64,000 nucleotides of DNA, from the NCBI GenBank assembly GCA_000996245.1, contig LBYP01000005.1:10305-74304 (forward strand), written 5' to 3'. The translations under genes were made by a program, and so were the position numbers. How positions within the stretch are numbered: the stretch's first letter is position 1; every line of letters begins with the position of its first letter. Positions 1 through 10,424 of this stretch are shown piece after piece. The stretch is from Parcubacteria group bacterium GW2011_GWA2_40_23 (GTDB taxonomy: Bacteria > Patescibacteriota > Patescibacteriia > UBA11705 > JABHMO01). The notes beneath the pieces were generated by a model, which searched no databases, was not told where the DNA came from, and saw only the letters and a program-made list of their open reading frames with translations.

Positions 1-244
1 TAATATCCAAAAAGTTTTTTAAAATGACCAATTTGTTATTCCCAAAAAGTGAATTAACCTGCAAGGCATTTTTAATGTCTTTAATCAGTTCATCCTTATT
101 CCCCTTTTCTTTATAATCAAACTTAGCAATATTCAAACCAGAATATTTTTTACTAAAAACCTCAGACCAGAGCTTAACTTGTTCGAAAATTTCATAGTCA
201 TTGGCGCCAAACCACAGGAATAATTGTTTTTGTTTTTCTGCCAT
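1..244 (-). CDS. holA: DNA polymerase III delta subunit, N-terminal part (runs off window)
   Basis: Manual translation MAEKQKQLFLWFGANDYEIFEQVKLW...ALQVNSLFGNNKLVILKN matches the HolA N-terminal pattern (SLF..KLVI). Confidence 0.75.
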   Translation of the reverse strand, partial: MAEKQKQLFLWFGANDYEIFEQVKLWSEVFSKKYSGLNIAKFDYKEKGNKDELIKDIKNALQVNSLFGNNKLVILKNFLDI

Positions 245-376
245 ATGACTTATCTTACAAAGAAATAGGGTAAATGACAACTTGACGAAAAAAAATAACA
301 AGGGTAAGCTTATATGATTTGCTATGTGTGTAGCAAAGTGTTCGTTGAGGGACAACCCCAAGGCTGGAGGTGTGCG

Positions 377-1894
377 ATGCTGAACTCGGTTCGGAACTAC
401 TTCAAGGACTTCGGTCAGCTCTTCCAACTGCCGCGCGAGTTCTGGACGATCCAGGGGCTGAACTTCGTCTACTGCGCCTTCTACTTCACCTTCGTGACGA
501 TGAGCACCCTGCACCTGAGCCAGGACGTGGGCTTCAGCGACGAAGGCGCCGGACTCCTGTTCGGTGTCTTCATGTTCGGCACGGCCATCATCCAGATCGT
601 CCTCGGTCCGGTCATGGACATCCTGGGCTTCCGCAAGACGCCCCTGCTGGCTGCGGCCATCATCACGGTCGGCATGCTCGGCATCGGCCTCGTCCCCGTT
701 ACGCTCGGCGCCACGGATCAGGCGCGTACGCTCATGGTGCTGTTCTACATTATCGCCATGGTCGGCAACGGCCTCATGTTCCCGGTTCTCACGGCTGGCG
801 TGAAGCGCTACAGCAACTCCGAGACGCGCGGTGCAGGCTTCAACATGTGGTACCTGACCATGAACGTCGGCGCGATGCTGACCTTCCTGATCGACTTCAT
901 GCGCAAGCCCCTCGAGGACAAGGCCACCACCGAACAGCTCGCGATCTTCCGCGATGCCGGTGGCAACGTCAACATCATTTGGTACCTGGTCGCACTGCTG
1001 ATCCTCTCGGGTCTCATCGTCTTCTTCTTCCTCAAGAAGGAAGACCAGTTCCCCGAGTTCAACGCTACCGCTGAAGATCTGGCGAAGGCCAAGGAACCCA
1101 AGCCCAAGCAGCCCTTCGGCCAGACGATGAAGGAAATCTGGGCGGACAAGGGCTTCCGCAAGGTGCTCGCGCTCCTGTTCTTCACGATCCCGGCGCACAT
1201 CCCCTTCGTGGCCATTTTCGTGATCTTTCCCAAGTACTACACGCGCGTGATCGCCCCGGACGTGGATCTCGGCTTCCTCGCGTCGATGAACCCGATCATC
1301 ATCATCGCCGGTCTGCTGCTGTTCGCTCCTATCCTAAAACGCTTCAGCGTCTATTGGGTGCTGGTCGTCGGCATGTTCATCGGTGGTGCGTCCTGCCTGG
1401 TTCTCGCGATCCCGCCGAAGTTCCTCGGTTCGGTCTTCGGTGCTTCGGACATCGGCAGCATCTACCTCACCATGGTGGGCATCCAGATCGTGGTCTTCGC
1501 CATGGGCGAGTTTGTGTGGAGCCCGCAGCTCCAGGCCTACGTCGGCGCCATCGCCCCCGAGGGCAAGGAAGGCACCTACATGGGCGTGACTCGCTACCCC
1601 TACACCCTGGCCAAGCTGCTGGGTGGTGCGGTGGGTGGCCTGCTTCTCGCCAAATACTGCCCCGAAGGCGTGAAGCCGCTCATCGAAGCGGGCACGCTGG
1701 CCTACTCCAAGAGCCCAGAGTTCATGAACCTCATTCTGGCCCTGTTCGCGCTCTCGAGCCCGATCGCCCTGCTTCTCATGAAGAAGACGTTCTACGTCGA
1801 GAACAAGGCGACGGACATGGATACCGTTACCTTTTGGGTGCTTGAAAAGGTGTTTTCTTCGCTAAATTATGCTAAGATTTCAATGTTTAACTAG
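377..1894 (+). CDS. MFS transporter, POT/PTR-like peptide transporter
   Basis: About 12 hydrophobic segments, GNGL..P and RGAGFNMWYLTMNVGA motifs, APEGKEGTYMG; ATG 377 follows GGAGG; GC-rich. Confidence 0.8.
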   Translation: MLNSVRNYFKDFGQLFQLPREFWTIQGLNFVYCAFYFTFVTMSTLHLSQDVGFSDEGAGLLFGVFMFGTAIIQIVLGPVMDILGFRKTPLLAAAIITVGMLGIGLVPVTLGATDQARTLMVLFYIIAMVGNGLMFPVLTAGVKRYSNSETRGAGFNMWYLTMNVGAMLTFLIDFMRKPLEDKATTEQLAIFRDAGGNVNIIWYLVALLILSGLIVFFFLKKEDQFPEFNATAEDLAKAKEPKPKQPFGQTMKEIWADKGFRKVLALLFFTIPAHIPFVAIFVIFPKYYTRVIAPDVDLGFLASMNPIIIIAGLLLFAPILKRFSVYWVLVVGMFIGGASCLVLAIPPKFLGSVFGASDIGSIYLTMVGIQIVVFAMGEFVWSPQLQAYVGAIAPEGKEGTYMGVTRYPYTLAKLLGGAVGGLLLAKYCPEGVKPLIEAGTLAYSKSPEFMNLILALFALSSPIALLLMKKTFYVENKATDMDTVTFWVLEKVFSSLNYAKISMFN

Positions 1895-1941
1895 TTAAAG
1901 TGCCAAATATGACAAAACGATAACAGCCCAGCGAGGACAAG

Positions 1942-2721
1942 ATGCACATTGCAGACGCGAATCCACAAATCTTCAGACATTTCATGAAAAGAAGTGTATG
2001 GTATCTTTCCATGCCCTTCCCGACCGCAGTCACCATGCCCATGAGTAGAGCATCAAGAGAAAGAGTTCTCGGTCAACTCCAGACCGAATGGGGCAAAGGC
2101 AATAGCTCCTTCGCCGAGATTCTGCACAGCCTGCGTGATGCCGAAGCCGAAGACCTCGCCTTAGCCGTGGAACTGTACATCCTCAGCGCCGGTGGTTTCT
2201 ACGCCAACCGCGTTGCTCACATGCGCGATTACCTGAAGCGACTCGATGAAGACTACCCCCACGGCGATGAATGCAGGAGAAATCTCTGCGAACGCGTCTT
2301 CTACAGCCTCATCGGCCTGCTCCGCGCCGTGCATTTCCTGACGTTCGATATTGCGCCGAACCGGCTCTCCAACCACCATCCCGATGAAGGCAACGCCCTC
2401 ATCGTCGCCACGCAAGAGACCATGTGGAAATACCTGTCCTACCCCTTCCGCGACGGCTACGGACATGACGTCGAGGCCGAACTGCGCCAAGAGCTGGCGG
2501 CTGCGCTTCAGGACTACACCCAAGGCGCGGTCAGACCCCTCCCGAACAACAAGCAGCGCGTCATGCTGGGTCAGGTTCAAAGGTTGCTCCAAGGCAACGA
2601 GGATGGTTACTTACACCCCCTGAACGAATTCCTCTGCCGCGAGTTCCTCGCCGCTGGCCTCGCCAACTGCGACCGTCCCAGCATGCTCAAGATCATCATG
2701 GCCTTGAGACAAGCCTCATAA
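1942..2721 (+). CDS. hypothetical protein (GC-rich ORFan)
   Basis: 259 aa ORF with GAGG SD and downstream terminator. Confidence 0.6.
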   Translation: MHIADANPQIFRHFMKRSVWYLSMPFPTAVTMPMSRASRERVLGQLQTEWGKGNSSFAEILHSLRDAEAEDLALAVELYILSAGGFYANRVAHMRDYLKRLDEDYPHGDECRRNLCERVFYSLIGLLRAVHFLTFDIAPNRLSNHHPDEGNALIVATQETMWKYLSYPFRDGYGHDVEAELRQELAAALQDYTQGAVRPLPNNKQRVMLGQVQRLLQGNEDGYLHPLNEFLCREFLAAGLANCDRPSMLKIIMALRQAS

Positions 2722-2728
2722 TTCTCAT

Positions 2729-2760
2729 CGGAGCCAGCATCATTGCTTGGCTCCGGTTTG
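2729..2760 (+). terminator. intrinsic terminator
   Basis: CGGAGCCAGCA..TGCTTGGCTCCG hairpin plus T-rich tail; near-identical to 3756-3791. Confidence 0.7.
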
Positions 2761-3020
2761 TTGCGAGGAGCCAAAGTAAACAATTTAAGCGACGTTTACC
2801 CTGCACTCAGTCATCTGTAGTACGGGGAAGCAATCTCTTGATCATATCCCAAGGAAATGAATTAGAGATTGCCGCGTCGTCTTTCACTGCGTTTCGGTCT
2901 CCTTGCAAATCGGACGAAAACTGTGACTTGACAATCACTGACTTGACAATCACATACGAAATTGCTAATTTTAACTCTTCACCGCCAAAAGCGGGAAGAC
3001 AGAAAAACTGCAGAGAGGTG

Positions 3021-3746
3021 ATGGATCCCCGACAGAGACCCCAAACCGGAGCTTTCGCTTTCGCCAAGGACAACGCCGCCCTGGGCTTCCTTGGCTCGCT
3101 GGGGGCCTTCCTCGGCCGACGTGGGAACAAGGTCGTGAACGTCGTCTTCATGGATGGCAGCTCGTCCCTGAACGGCTACGGAGAGGCCCTGCGAGACGGC
3201 CTGAACGAGTACATCGCCAAGATCAAGGCCGCCGAACCCGGCGTCCAGCACGCCCTCATGGTGGTCAAGGTCCAGACCCAGTACTCGTTGCTCGTGCCCT
3301 TCTCCAGCATCGAGAACGTCAGCCCCATCAGCCACTTCGACACGGCCGACATGACGCTGCTCTGGATGCCCCTCTGGCGGATGATCCGCACGTTCACGAG
3401 CGTCTACGTCAACCTGACACCCGAACAGCAGAAGGAAATCCAGTTCGTCTTCGGCATCTTCACCGACGGCGAAGACACCGAGTCCGATCGTCGGTACTTC
3501 CCCCACATACTGGTGGAAGAAGTCAAGAAAGCCCGCGCCATGGGCTTCGAGTTCTACGTCAACGGCTACCGCATCAACGCGGCCGGCATCGCCGGTGCCA
3601 TGGGCATGCCCACCGACAAGGTGCACGCCATCACGTTCGAAAAGAGCCCCGAGGGCATCCGCACCTCGAGCCAGACCTTCGCCGGCGTCAGCCTGTCGTT
3701 CTTCAAGGATGACGGCTTCAAGCCGCCCGCCGTCAATCGTCCGTAG
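3021..3746 (+). CDS. von Willebrand factor A (vWA, TerY-like) domain protein
   Basis: MIDAS-like DGSSS motif and FTDGED; ATG 3021 follows GAGGTG. Confidence 0.75.
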   Translation: MDPRQRPQTGAFAFAKDNAALGFLGSLGAFLGRRGNKVVNVVFMDGSSSLNGYGEALRDGLNEYIAKIKAAEPGVQHALMVVKVQTQYSLLVPFSSIENVSPISHFDTADMTLLWMPLWRMIRTFTSVYVNLTPEQQKEIQFVFGIFTDGEDTESDRRYFPHILVEEVKKARAMGFEFYVNGYRINAAGIAGAMGMPTDKVHAITFEKSPEGIRTSSQTFAGVSLSFFKDDGFKPPAVNRP

Positions 3747-3755
3747 TACGCAAAC

Positions 3756-3791
3756 GGAGCCAGCAACATTCTGCTTGGCTCCGTATTTTTT
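3756..3791 (+). terminator. intrinsic terminator
   Basis: CGGAGCCAGCA..TGCTTGGCTCCG hairpin plus poly-T. Confidence 0.7.
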
Positions 3792-3881
3792 GCCATGATT
3801 AACATGATTCTCTTGATTATCAGCCTAAACTTGTCGTAGATCTATGTTCTCTGATCTATATTCCATGATACATGCTGAATC

Positions 3882-6647
3882 CTAATAAATCTTTTCCATC
3901 TCCTGCCAATTCTTCCCTGCCTCAGTTTCAACTTTAATCGGCACTTCTAATTTATGAATTTTTTCCATTTTTTCATCAATAATTTTCGCTACCTGATCCA
4001 CCATATCCATCGGCACTTCAAAGACTAATTCATCGTGAACCTGAAGCATCATTTTTATTTTATTACTGGTGACTGGTGACTGGTTACTGGTGACTAGTTT
4101 ATTGAGTCCCTTAATTATCTTATAGACCTCGATCATCGCAATTTTCATTAAATCAGCTGCTGTACCTTGAATCGGCATGTTAATAGCCATACGTTCGGCG
4201 GACAAGCGCACTTGAGCAACACCGGAATTTATTTCTGGCAAATATCTGCGGCGACCAAATAATGTTTGGACATAACCATTGTCACGCGCTTCTTCTTTTA
4301 TTTTATCTAAATAAATTTTAACGTCTTTGTAAGTTTCAAAATATTTTTCGATAAATTCTCGTGCACGTTCTCGCGAAATCTTTTTGCGCCAAGCCAAACC
4401 ATAGGCACCCATACCATACAAAACTCCAAAGTTGACTTCCTTAGCCGCAGAACGCATTTCCTTATCGACTTTTTCGAGTGGGACTTCAAAAATTTTAGCC
4501 GCTGTTGTGGTATGAATATCTTCGCCACGTTTAAAAACATCCATCATGTTTTTATCTTTAGCGAGACAAGCGATGACGCGCAATTCAACTTGAGAATAGT
4601 CAGCCGAAACCATACGTTGACCACGATCAGCCACAAACGCTTTGCGAATTGCTTTGCCCCAATCTGTCCGAATTGGAATATTCTGCAAATTTGGATTGGA
4701 TGATGACAATCTTCCCGTCGCAGTAATGGTTTGATTGAACTCTGTATGCACTCGACCGGTTTTTGGATTGATCAATTTCGGTAAAGCATCGACATAAGTT
4801 GATTGTAATTTAGAAAGCTCACGATAATCTTCGATGAACGGCACAATTTCATGTTGATCATGCAATTTTTCAAGTTCGACAGCCGCGGTTGAAATGCCAG
4901 TCTTAGTTTTACCTATTCCCTCGCGACTAATATTCAACTTTTCAAATAAAATTTCTTTGAGTTGTAATGGCGAACTAATATTAAATTCTTCACCAGCTAA
5001 TTTATAAATCTTTTTAGTTAAGGCTTTTAATTGTTTGCTTAATTCTTTTGATAAAACACTGAGTTGTTCTTCGTCGATTTTGATTCCCGTGAGTTCCATC
5101 TCAACCAAAACTTCGACAAGCGGCATTTCGATTTCATCAAAAAGTTTTATCAGTTCATTTTCTTTCAATTCGTTTTGCAAAGGTTTTATCAACCGGAAAG
5201 TATAATCAGCATCTTCGCAAGAATAATCTGACACTTTGTTTTTGTCGACAAATGCGAGCGTGGTTTGTCCCTTGCCTTTGCCGATTAAATCAGTAATTTT
5301 AGTCATCTGATAGCCCAGCTCGCGGAAAACCATATCGTCGAGCTTGTGGGCTCGGGTACCAGGATTCAGCAGATATGAAGCGATCATGGTATCGAACCAA
5401 ATACCTTCGACTTCAAGCCCATTGCACTTCAACGCCTTGATATCAAACTTCATATTCTGTCCGGCTTTCTTGACGTTTGGATCGGCAAAGATTGGTTTTA
5501 ATTTTTCGAGGAATTCAGGCTTCGCTTCAACATAATAAGCCACGCCCTCTTCCCAGCAAAAACTAATACCCAGTAATTTTGCGAGAATAACATCGAGCCC
5601 GTCAGTTTCAGTATCAAAAACAAAAAACTCTTGTTGGTTTAATTTTTTCAAAAACTTTTCAAACTCAACTGCTGTTTGAATTAAAGTGTAATTGTGATTT
5701 GATTGTCTTTCGGTTCGTGCTTCAGTTTCAACTTCTGTTTTGCCACCAAGAACCGGCAAACGATTTAATAAACTTTTAAATTCAAGCTCCTGAAAGAGTT
5801 CATAAACATCTTCTTTGTTATAAGATTGCAAAGCGCATTTTTCTAAAGTGAAATCAATCGGCACATCGTGCACGATAGTTGAGAGAACGCGGCTTTGATA
5901 TGCCTGATCTTTATTATCAATAAGCAATTGATACAACCGCTCCGTGACTTTTATGTTTTTATAAACTCCAACTTTAACTTTTTTATACATTTCTTCCATG
6001 GTGCCAAATTCTTTGACTAGTCCGAGCGCTGTTTTTTCGCCCACACCAGGAACTCCCGGTATATTATCTGACGGGTCACCACGCAAACCTTTATAGTCGA
6101 TGAGTTGCTCGGGGCCAATTCCTTCATATTTTTCCTTAACTCCTTTGACATCATAAATAACCGTATCATTCATACCTTTGCGTAAAGTATAAACATGAGT
6201 ATTCTCGTCGACCAACTGAAACGCATCTTTATCTCCCGTCACAATAATAGAAAGAATCTCATCATTATCAACACTTTTTTCATGACACAAAGTTCCAATC
6301 ACATCATCAGCTTCAAAACCAGCTTTTTCAAAAATCGGTACATTCATGGCTTCTAAAACTTGTTTTAAAATTGGAATTTGATCGTACAATTCATCTGGTT
6401 GTTTAACACGTGTGGCTTTGTAGTCGACCGAAAGTTCATGACGGAAAGTTTTTTCTTTTCTATCAAAAGTCACAGCCAAATATTCTGGTTTAAATTCAGT
6501 TAAAGCTTTAAATAAAGTTGTTAGGAATCCGTAAACAGCATGAACCAAGCGGCCATCCTTAGTGGTCATTGGTGGCAGGGCGTGCCAGGCGCGATGGAGT
6601 AAGGCATTGCCGTCGACGATAACAAATTTTTTTCTTGATTTGACCAT
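3882..6647 (-). CDS. polA: DNA polymerase I
   Basis: 5'-3' exo (DGNALLHRAWHA, EADDVIGT), 3'-5' exo (FDTETDGL), polymerase motifs (ADYSQVELR, QVHDELVFE). Confidence 0.98.
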   Translation of the reverse strand: MVKSRKKFVIVDGNALLHRAWHALPPMTTKDGRLVHAVYGFLTTLFKALTEFKPEYLAVTFDRKEKTFRHELSVDYKATRVKQPDELYDQIPILKQVLEAMNVPIFEKAGFEADDVIGTLCHEKSVDNDEILSIIVTGDKDAFQLVDENTHVYTLRKGMNDTVIYDVKGVKEKYEGIGPEQLIDYKGLRGDPSDNIPGVPGVGEKTALGLVKEFGTMEEMYKKVKVGVYKNIKVTERLYQLLIDNKDQAYQSRVLSTIVHDVPIDFTLEKCALQSYNKEDVYELFQELEFKSLLNRLPVLGGKTEVETEARTERQSNHNYTLIQTAVEFEKFLKKLNQQEFFVFDTETDGLDVILAKLLGISFCWEEGVAYYVEAKPEFLEKLKPIFADPNVKKAGQNMKFDIKALKCNGLEVEGIWFDTMIASYLLNPGTRAHKLDDMVFRELGYQMTKITDLIGKGKGQTTLAFVDKNKVSDYSCEDADYTFRLIKPLQNELKENELIKLFDEIEMPLVEVLVEMELTGIKIDEEQLSVLSKELSKQLKALTKKIYKLAGEEFNISSPLQLKEILFEKLNISREGIGKTKTGISTAAVELEKLHDQHEIVPFIEDYRELSKLQSTYVDALPKLINPKTGRVHTEFNQTITATGRLSSSNPNLQNIPIRTDWGKAIRKAFVADRGQRMVSADYSQVELRVIACLAKDKNMMDVFKRGEDIHTTTAAKIFEVPLEKVDKEMRSAAKEVNFGVLYGMGAYGLAWRKKISRERAREFIEKYFETYKDVKIYLDKIKEEARDNGYVQTLFGRRRYLPEINSGVAQVRLSAERMAINMPIQGTAADLMKIAMIEVYKIIKGLNKLVTSNQSPVTSNKIKMMLQVHDELVFEVPMDMVDQVAKIIDEKMEKIHKLEVPIKVETEAGKNWQEMEKIY

Positions 6648-6822
6648 ATATAGAGATTATAGCAAAAAGGACGGATGAACGTAAGGATGCAGAAACGAAA
6701 GAACTTACGAACCAAAGAACGTATGAACTGCTTGTCGTTTTCATGGAACATAGATCATGGATAAAAAAAATAGGGATAAGTATTAAGGGTCCTGCTTGAG
6801 AGAAACAACATTGAGGAAAGCC

Positions 6823-7338
6823 ATGAGCCGTCTCCTTAAGTTGCGAGGACAACAGCGAGTCGATCGAATCGATGCGCTTATCCTAAAGCAGCCCAAGCTC
6901 GCCCCTTATGTCTATGGTCGTAAAGGTGGAAATACCCCGCGTCGTGGCGTGAAGGTCTTCGAAGAGAGTAGCTTCACCGCAGCAACACGTGACAGCATCG
7001 GTGAGTCCCTCACTATCATACTGATCCCGTACACCGAGAACAGAGAAGACTGCTATCTGACTGTGGTACACAGCCACAAAGAAACCGCTGTATCCAAGAC
7101 AAAGACAAGCACCAGAGAATCTCTTTGCATCGGCATCGTTAGCCAACGTGGAGACAACTACAACAAGAAGATCCTTCTCTTCCACTCTGCTTTCTGGACC
7201 AGAAGCGAGTTCTGGTTCACCATCAACTACAAGCCGGATTCGGAAATTACGATGAAAGGCAAGATCGCTTTCACTCACGTCGCTGGGGAAATGCTTCGGA
7301 TCGTGATCGGATTAAATCCGTTCCCGCGTCGTCGGTAA
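6823..7338 (+). CDS. hypothetical protein (GC-rich; paralog of next gene)
   Basis: ATG follows TTGAGGAAA; terminator at 7346-7381. Confidence 0.65.
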   Translation: MSRLLKLRGQQRVDRIDALILKQPKLAPYVYGRKGGNTPRRGVKVFEESSFTAATRDSIGESLTIILIPYTENREDCYLTVVHSHKETAVSKTKTSTRESLCIGIVSQRGDNYNKKILLFHSAFWTRSEFWFTINYKPDSEITMKGKIAFTHVAGEMLRIVIGLNPFPRRR

Positions 7339-7457
7339 CTAGCTCCGCCCGCCCCGCAAACGGGGACGGGCGGCATTTTTTACATTGACAGTTCCCCAAT
7401 TCTAGCCTAAACTTAGCTGTTGTGGGTTGCGGAAAAGAAACAACCTTGAGGAAACAA

Positions 7458-7925
7458 ATGACCGACCTGGGAACAATTCACAAAGTTCTAAGCGCTTTCC
7501 CTGCCACTCCCCGGATACTGAGAGACGTCTGGATCGCCTCGCGCCGAGGTAACGTCGTCCTCTTCGACCAAAGTGAAATCTCCCCGTCCTGGTTACAGGA
7601 CAAGACCGAACTGCTCATTCCCTTTACCCGCAAGGGAAACAAGTTCTTCTTCGTCATCCAGATCAAGCGCAACGACTACGGCAAGCTGAAAGAGAGATTC
7701 TCTGACCGCACCTTAATAGTTCTGCGCGTCGGTGTCATCCCTTGGACCACAAAACCCAAGGGCTTCCAACTCACCGACAAGAACTACGTAGCCGAAGTGA
7801 ACTACTACCTGCAACGCGGCTGCGAGATCAACACCAGGGTCCGAGTGCAAGCCGATGTCTCAGAACGCCAAGTCGTACTCGGCATTATCGCCGCGCTTTA
7901 CGACCTGCCGAAGTACGTGAAGTAA
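7458..7925 (+). CDS. hypothetical protein (GC-rich; paralog of previous gene)
   Basis: TTGACA promoter at 7385, ATG follows TTGAGGAAA, terminator at 7931-7968. Confidence 0.65.
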   Translation: MTDLGTIHKVLSAFPATPRILRDVWIASRRGNVVLFDQSEISPSWLQDKTELLIPFTRKGNKFFFVIQIKRNDYGKLKERFSDRTLIVLRVGVIPWTTKPKGFQLTDKNYVAEVNYYLQRGCEINTRVRVQADVSERQVVLGIIAALYDLPKYVK

Positions 7926-8039
7926 ACGAAACCGCTCGAACGTCATCACGTTCGAGCGGCTATTTTTTATATACTACTAATTACGAATCAGCTACTAATC
8001 TACCAATACTAATTTTGCGATCATATTGAACAACTTCAA

Positions 8040-8078
8040 CCTAGTACTATAAAGTGTTCCCTTTAAGTGCTAGGCAAG
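8040..8078. repeat. REP-like bulged hairpin, copy 1
   Basis: CCTAGTACT-A-TAAAG-TGTTCC-CTTTA-AGTGCTAGG-CAAG; near-identical to 12237-12275. Confidence 0.75.
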
Positions 8079-8107
8079 CAAGCGCAGCGATACAGCAACT
8101 AGAACAA

Positions 8108-9196
8108 TTAAACATTAAACCTAAACAAACACACATCCCCATCTTGCATCACATAATTCTTCCCTTCCAACCGTATCAACCCTTTTTCTTTGGCCGCAAC
8201 TTCGCTACCAACATTTAAAAGATCTTGCCAATTGATAGTCTCTGACGAGATAAATCCGCGTTCAAAGTCGCCATGAATTTTACCTGCCGCTTGTGGAGCC
8301 TTCATACCACGAGTAATTGTCCAAGCTCGAGTTTCATCTGGCCCAGTCGTTAAAAAACTAATGAGATTCAAAGTTTCATAGGCTTTGACGATGATGCGAT
8401 CGAGCCCAGACATTTTTAAACCCAAAGCTTCCATATATTCGGCTACTTCTTCTTTTGGTAAATCAGCCAAGTCAGCTTCTACTTTTGCGCAGACAGGAAT
8501 AATTACTTCACCAGGCAATTTTTCAAAAGTCGGATTATCATTAACTCGATTTTCATCAACATTCAAAAGATAGAGCATTGGTTTTAAAGTCAAAAAACTT
8601 AAATAAGTAATTTGCTGCTTCTCGTCATCAGTTAAATCTATTTTTCTAAGAGCCTTGCCATTTTCTAAAGCTGGAATAATTTTAGTTTCAAAAAGTTCTA
8701 CCAATTTTATTGTTTCTTTTTCGTCTGGCGAACCAGAAGTTTTTAATTTGCCTTTTAATTTTGATAAATGCGGTTTGGCCACTTCCAAATCTGCAAAAGC
8801 AAGTTCAATATCAATTGTTTCCGCATCTCCTTCAGGATCAACTTTATTATTGACGTGAATAATTTCTCCAGATCGGAAGTCGCGCAGCACATGACAAATC
8901 GCATCAACCTCGCGAATATTATGCAAAAATTTATTTCCCAAACCCTCGCCCTTATGTGCGCCTTTGACCAAGCCAGCAATATCGACAAACTCGATGGTGG
9001 TGTAAATGGTCTTGGCTGATTTTGACATGACCGCAAGTTTTTCCAAGCGCTCGTCAGGCACAGCAACAATACCCTTATTTGGTTCAATGGTACAAAAAGG
9101 GTAGTTGGCAATATCAATTTGTTTTTTGGTTAGTGCCTTAAATAAGGTTGATTTCCCCACATTTGGCAAGCCGACAATTCCGATTGAAAATGACAT
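8108..9196 (-). CDS. ychF: redox-regulated ATPase YchF
   Basis: [32 protein letters not shown]-terminal [11 protein letters not shown]. Confidence 0.97.
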   Translation of the reverse strand: MSFSIGIVGLPNVGKSTLFKALTKKQIDIANYPFCTIEPNKGIVAVPDERLEKLAVMSKSAKTIYTTIEFVDIAGLVKGAHKGEGLGNKFLHNIREVDAICHVLRDFRSGEIIHVNNKVDPEGDAETIDIELAFADLEVAKPHLSKLKGKLKTSGSPDEKETIKLVELFETKIIPALENGKALRKIDLTDDEKQQITYLSFLTLKPMLYLLNVDENRVNDNPTFEKLPGEVIIPVCAKVEADLADLPKEEVAEYMEALGLKMSGLDRIIVKAYETLNLISFLTTGPDETRAWTITRGMKAPQAAGKIHGDFERGFISSETINWQDLLNVGSEVAAKEKGLIRLEGKNYVMQDGDVCLFRFNV

Positions 9197-9205
9197 ATAG
9201 TTTTT

Positions 9206-9283
9206 TAGAATAATGAATAAGGAAGAACGAATAACGAATTATGAATTTGTGCAGCATTATTCCTTATTCTTTATTCATTATTC
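9206..9283. repeat. inverted array of 7-mer repeats
   Basis: (GAATAAT/GAATAAC)n followed by (ATTATTC/TTTATTC)n. Confidence 0.6.
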
Positions 9284-9375
9284 AAACAGCTTTATTCAAG
9301 GACATGATACCGTAATTTTAGATAAAAAACAACAGGCCATAGCTTTATGCGATGACCTGCTGTGCATGGGACAAA

Positions 9376-10278
9376 TTATTGTTTTGGCTCTGGAGTTACG
9401 GCTTTCTCTGCTGCTACTGCTCGGAGAGCGAAGGTGGCTACAATGTCTTCGAAAGTTTTACGATATTCAAAGTAATTATCAATCTTCTTGTTAGTTACAT
9501 TGAAAGTAGCTCGGTAGATATTATTGTCTGTCAAAATTAAGATCGTTGGGACTTCATTGTTTTCTTTATCGAAATTAATAAAATAAATCATTTTACCAAA
9601 AGGAAAATCTGCGCGATCAATCACTTCTAATTCTTTAAAAATATCTTCCTTTTCTGCCATTGTTAATTTTGCGAAATCCGCATAATCACTTCTAATTGTG
9701 ATAACATTAACATAGTCTGCTTGGCCGATTGGTTGAAGAGAAATGGCTTCAGACTTTGGTTGTGTTTTGTCCTTAACTTCGATAATCGGATTTACAACTT
9801 CCCATTCCTTTGGATAGCTGACCAAGAAAGACAAGTCTTTATTGTCCAAAACATTCCAATCTAAAGCATTGACCTTAAGCGGGATGACACGACTTTTATC
9901 AAAAAGATCAATCACGACCTCTTTGTTAGCTTCATTCGTTTTTTCTAGACTTTCAGCCTTTTTCTGCATTTCATTAAACTTTTGAGTTAATGAATTGACC
10001 TGATTTTCTAAATCCTTAGTCACATTAGTGCCGCCATTGGTAATATTAGTTATTTTATCCTTAGTATAGCCAAAAACCACACCGATAATAGCTAAAATTA
10101 CAACAGCCACTACGACTAAAGGAAATAAAAATCCAGCTTCTTTATTATCAGCCTTTGAAGCACGAACTTCAGGTTCAGCTTTTAAAATGGCTTTTTTAGC
10201 CTTTGCCGCTGACTTTTTTTCCTTTTTTTCCCCTCCCTTTTCAAGCTCTTCGATAATATTGTCATCTACCATACGCAT
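9376..10278 (-). CDS. single-pass membrane protein with coiled coil and PsbP-like C-terminal domain
   Basis: TM segment, coiled coil, SFLVSYPKEW and FEDIVATF motifs; AGGAGG SD. Confidence 0.6.
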   Translation of the reverse strand: MRMVDDNIIEELEKGGEKKEKKSAAKAKKAILKAEPEVRASKADNKEAGFLFPLVVVAVVILAIIGVVFGYTKDKITNITNGGTNVTKDLENQVNSLTQKFNEMQKKAESLEKTNEANKEVVIDLFDKSRVIPLKVNALDWNVLDNKDLSFLVSYPKEWEVVNPIIEVKDKTQPKSEAISLQPIGQADYVNVITIRSDYADFAKLTMAEKEDIFKELEVIDRADFPFGKMIYFINFDKENNEVPTILILTDNNIYRATFNVTNKKIDNYFEYRKTFEDIVATFALRAVAAEKAVTPEPKQ

Positions 10279-10424
10279 GACCTCCTTATTAGTTATTTTT
10301 TGTTAAGGTCATTTTAACATGTAAAGGATATTTATCAAAGGGAAATATTCACACCTTGACTAAAAGGCCGAAATTTTACTTAATGAGCAAAAAAAGGTAA
10401 AATTAGAGTTGAATAACATAAAAT

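Noticed and set aside
370-3626. Long alternative-frame ORFs (370-1074, 1354-1845, 2979-3626 and others)
   Set aside because: Shadow ORFs of GC-rich genes, with Arg/Pro-biased composition and no motifs
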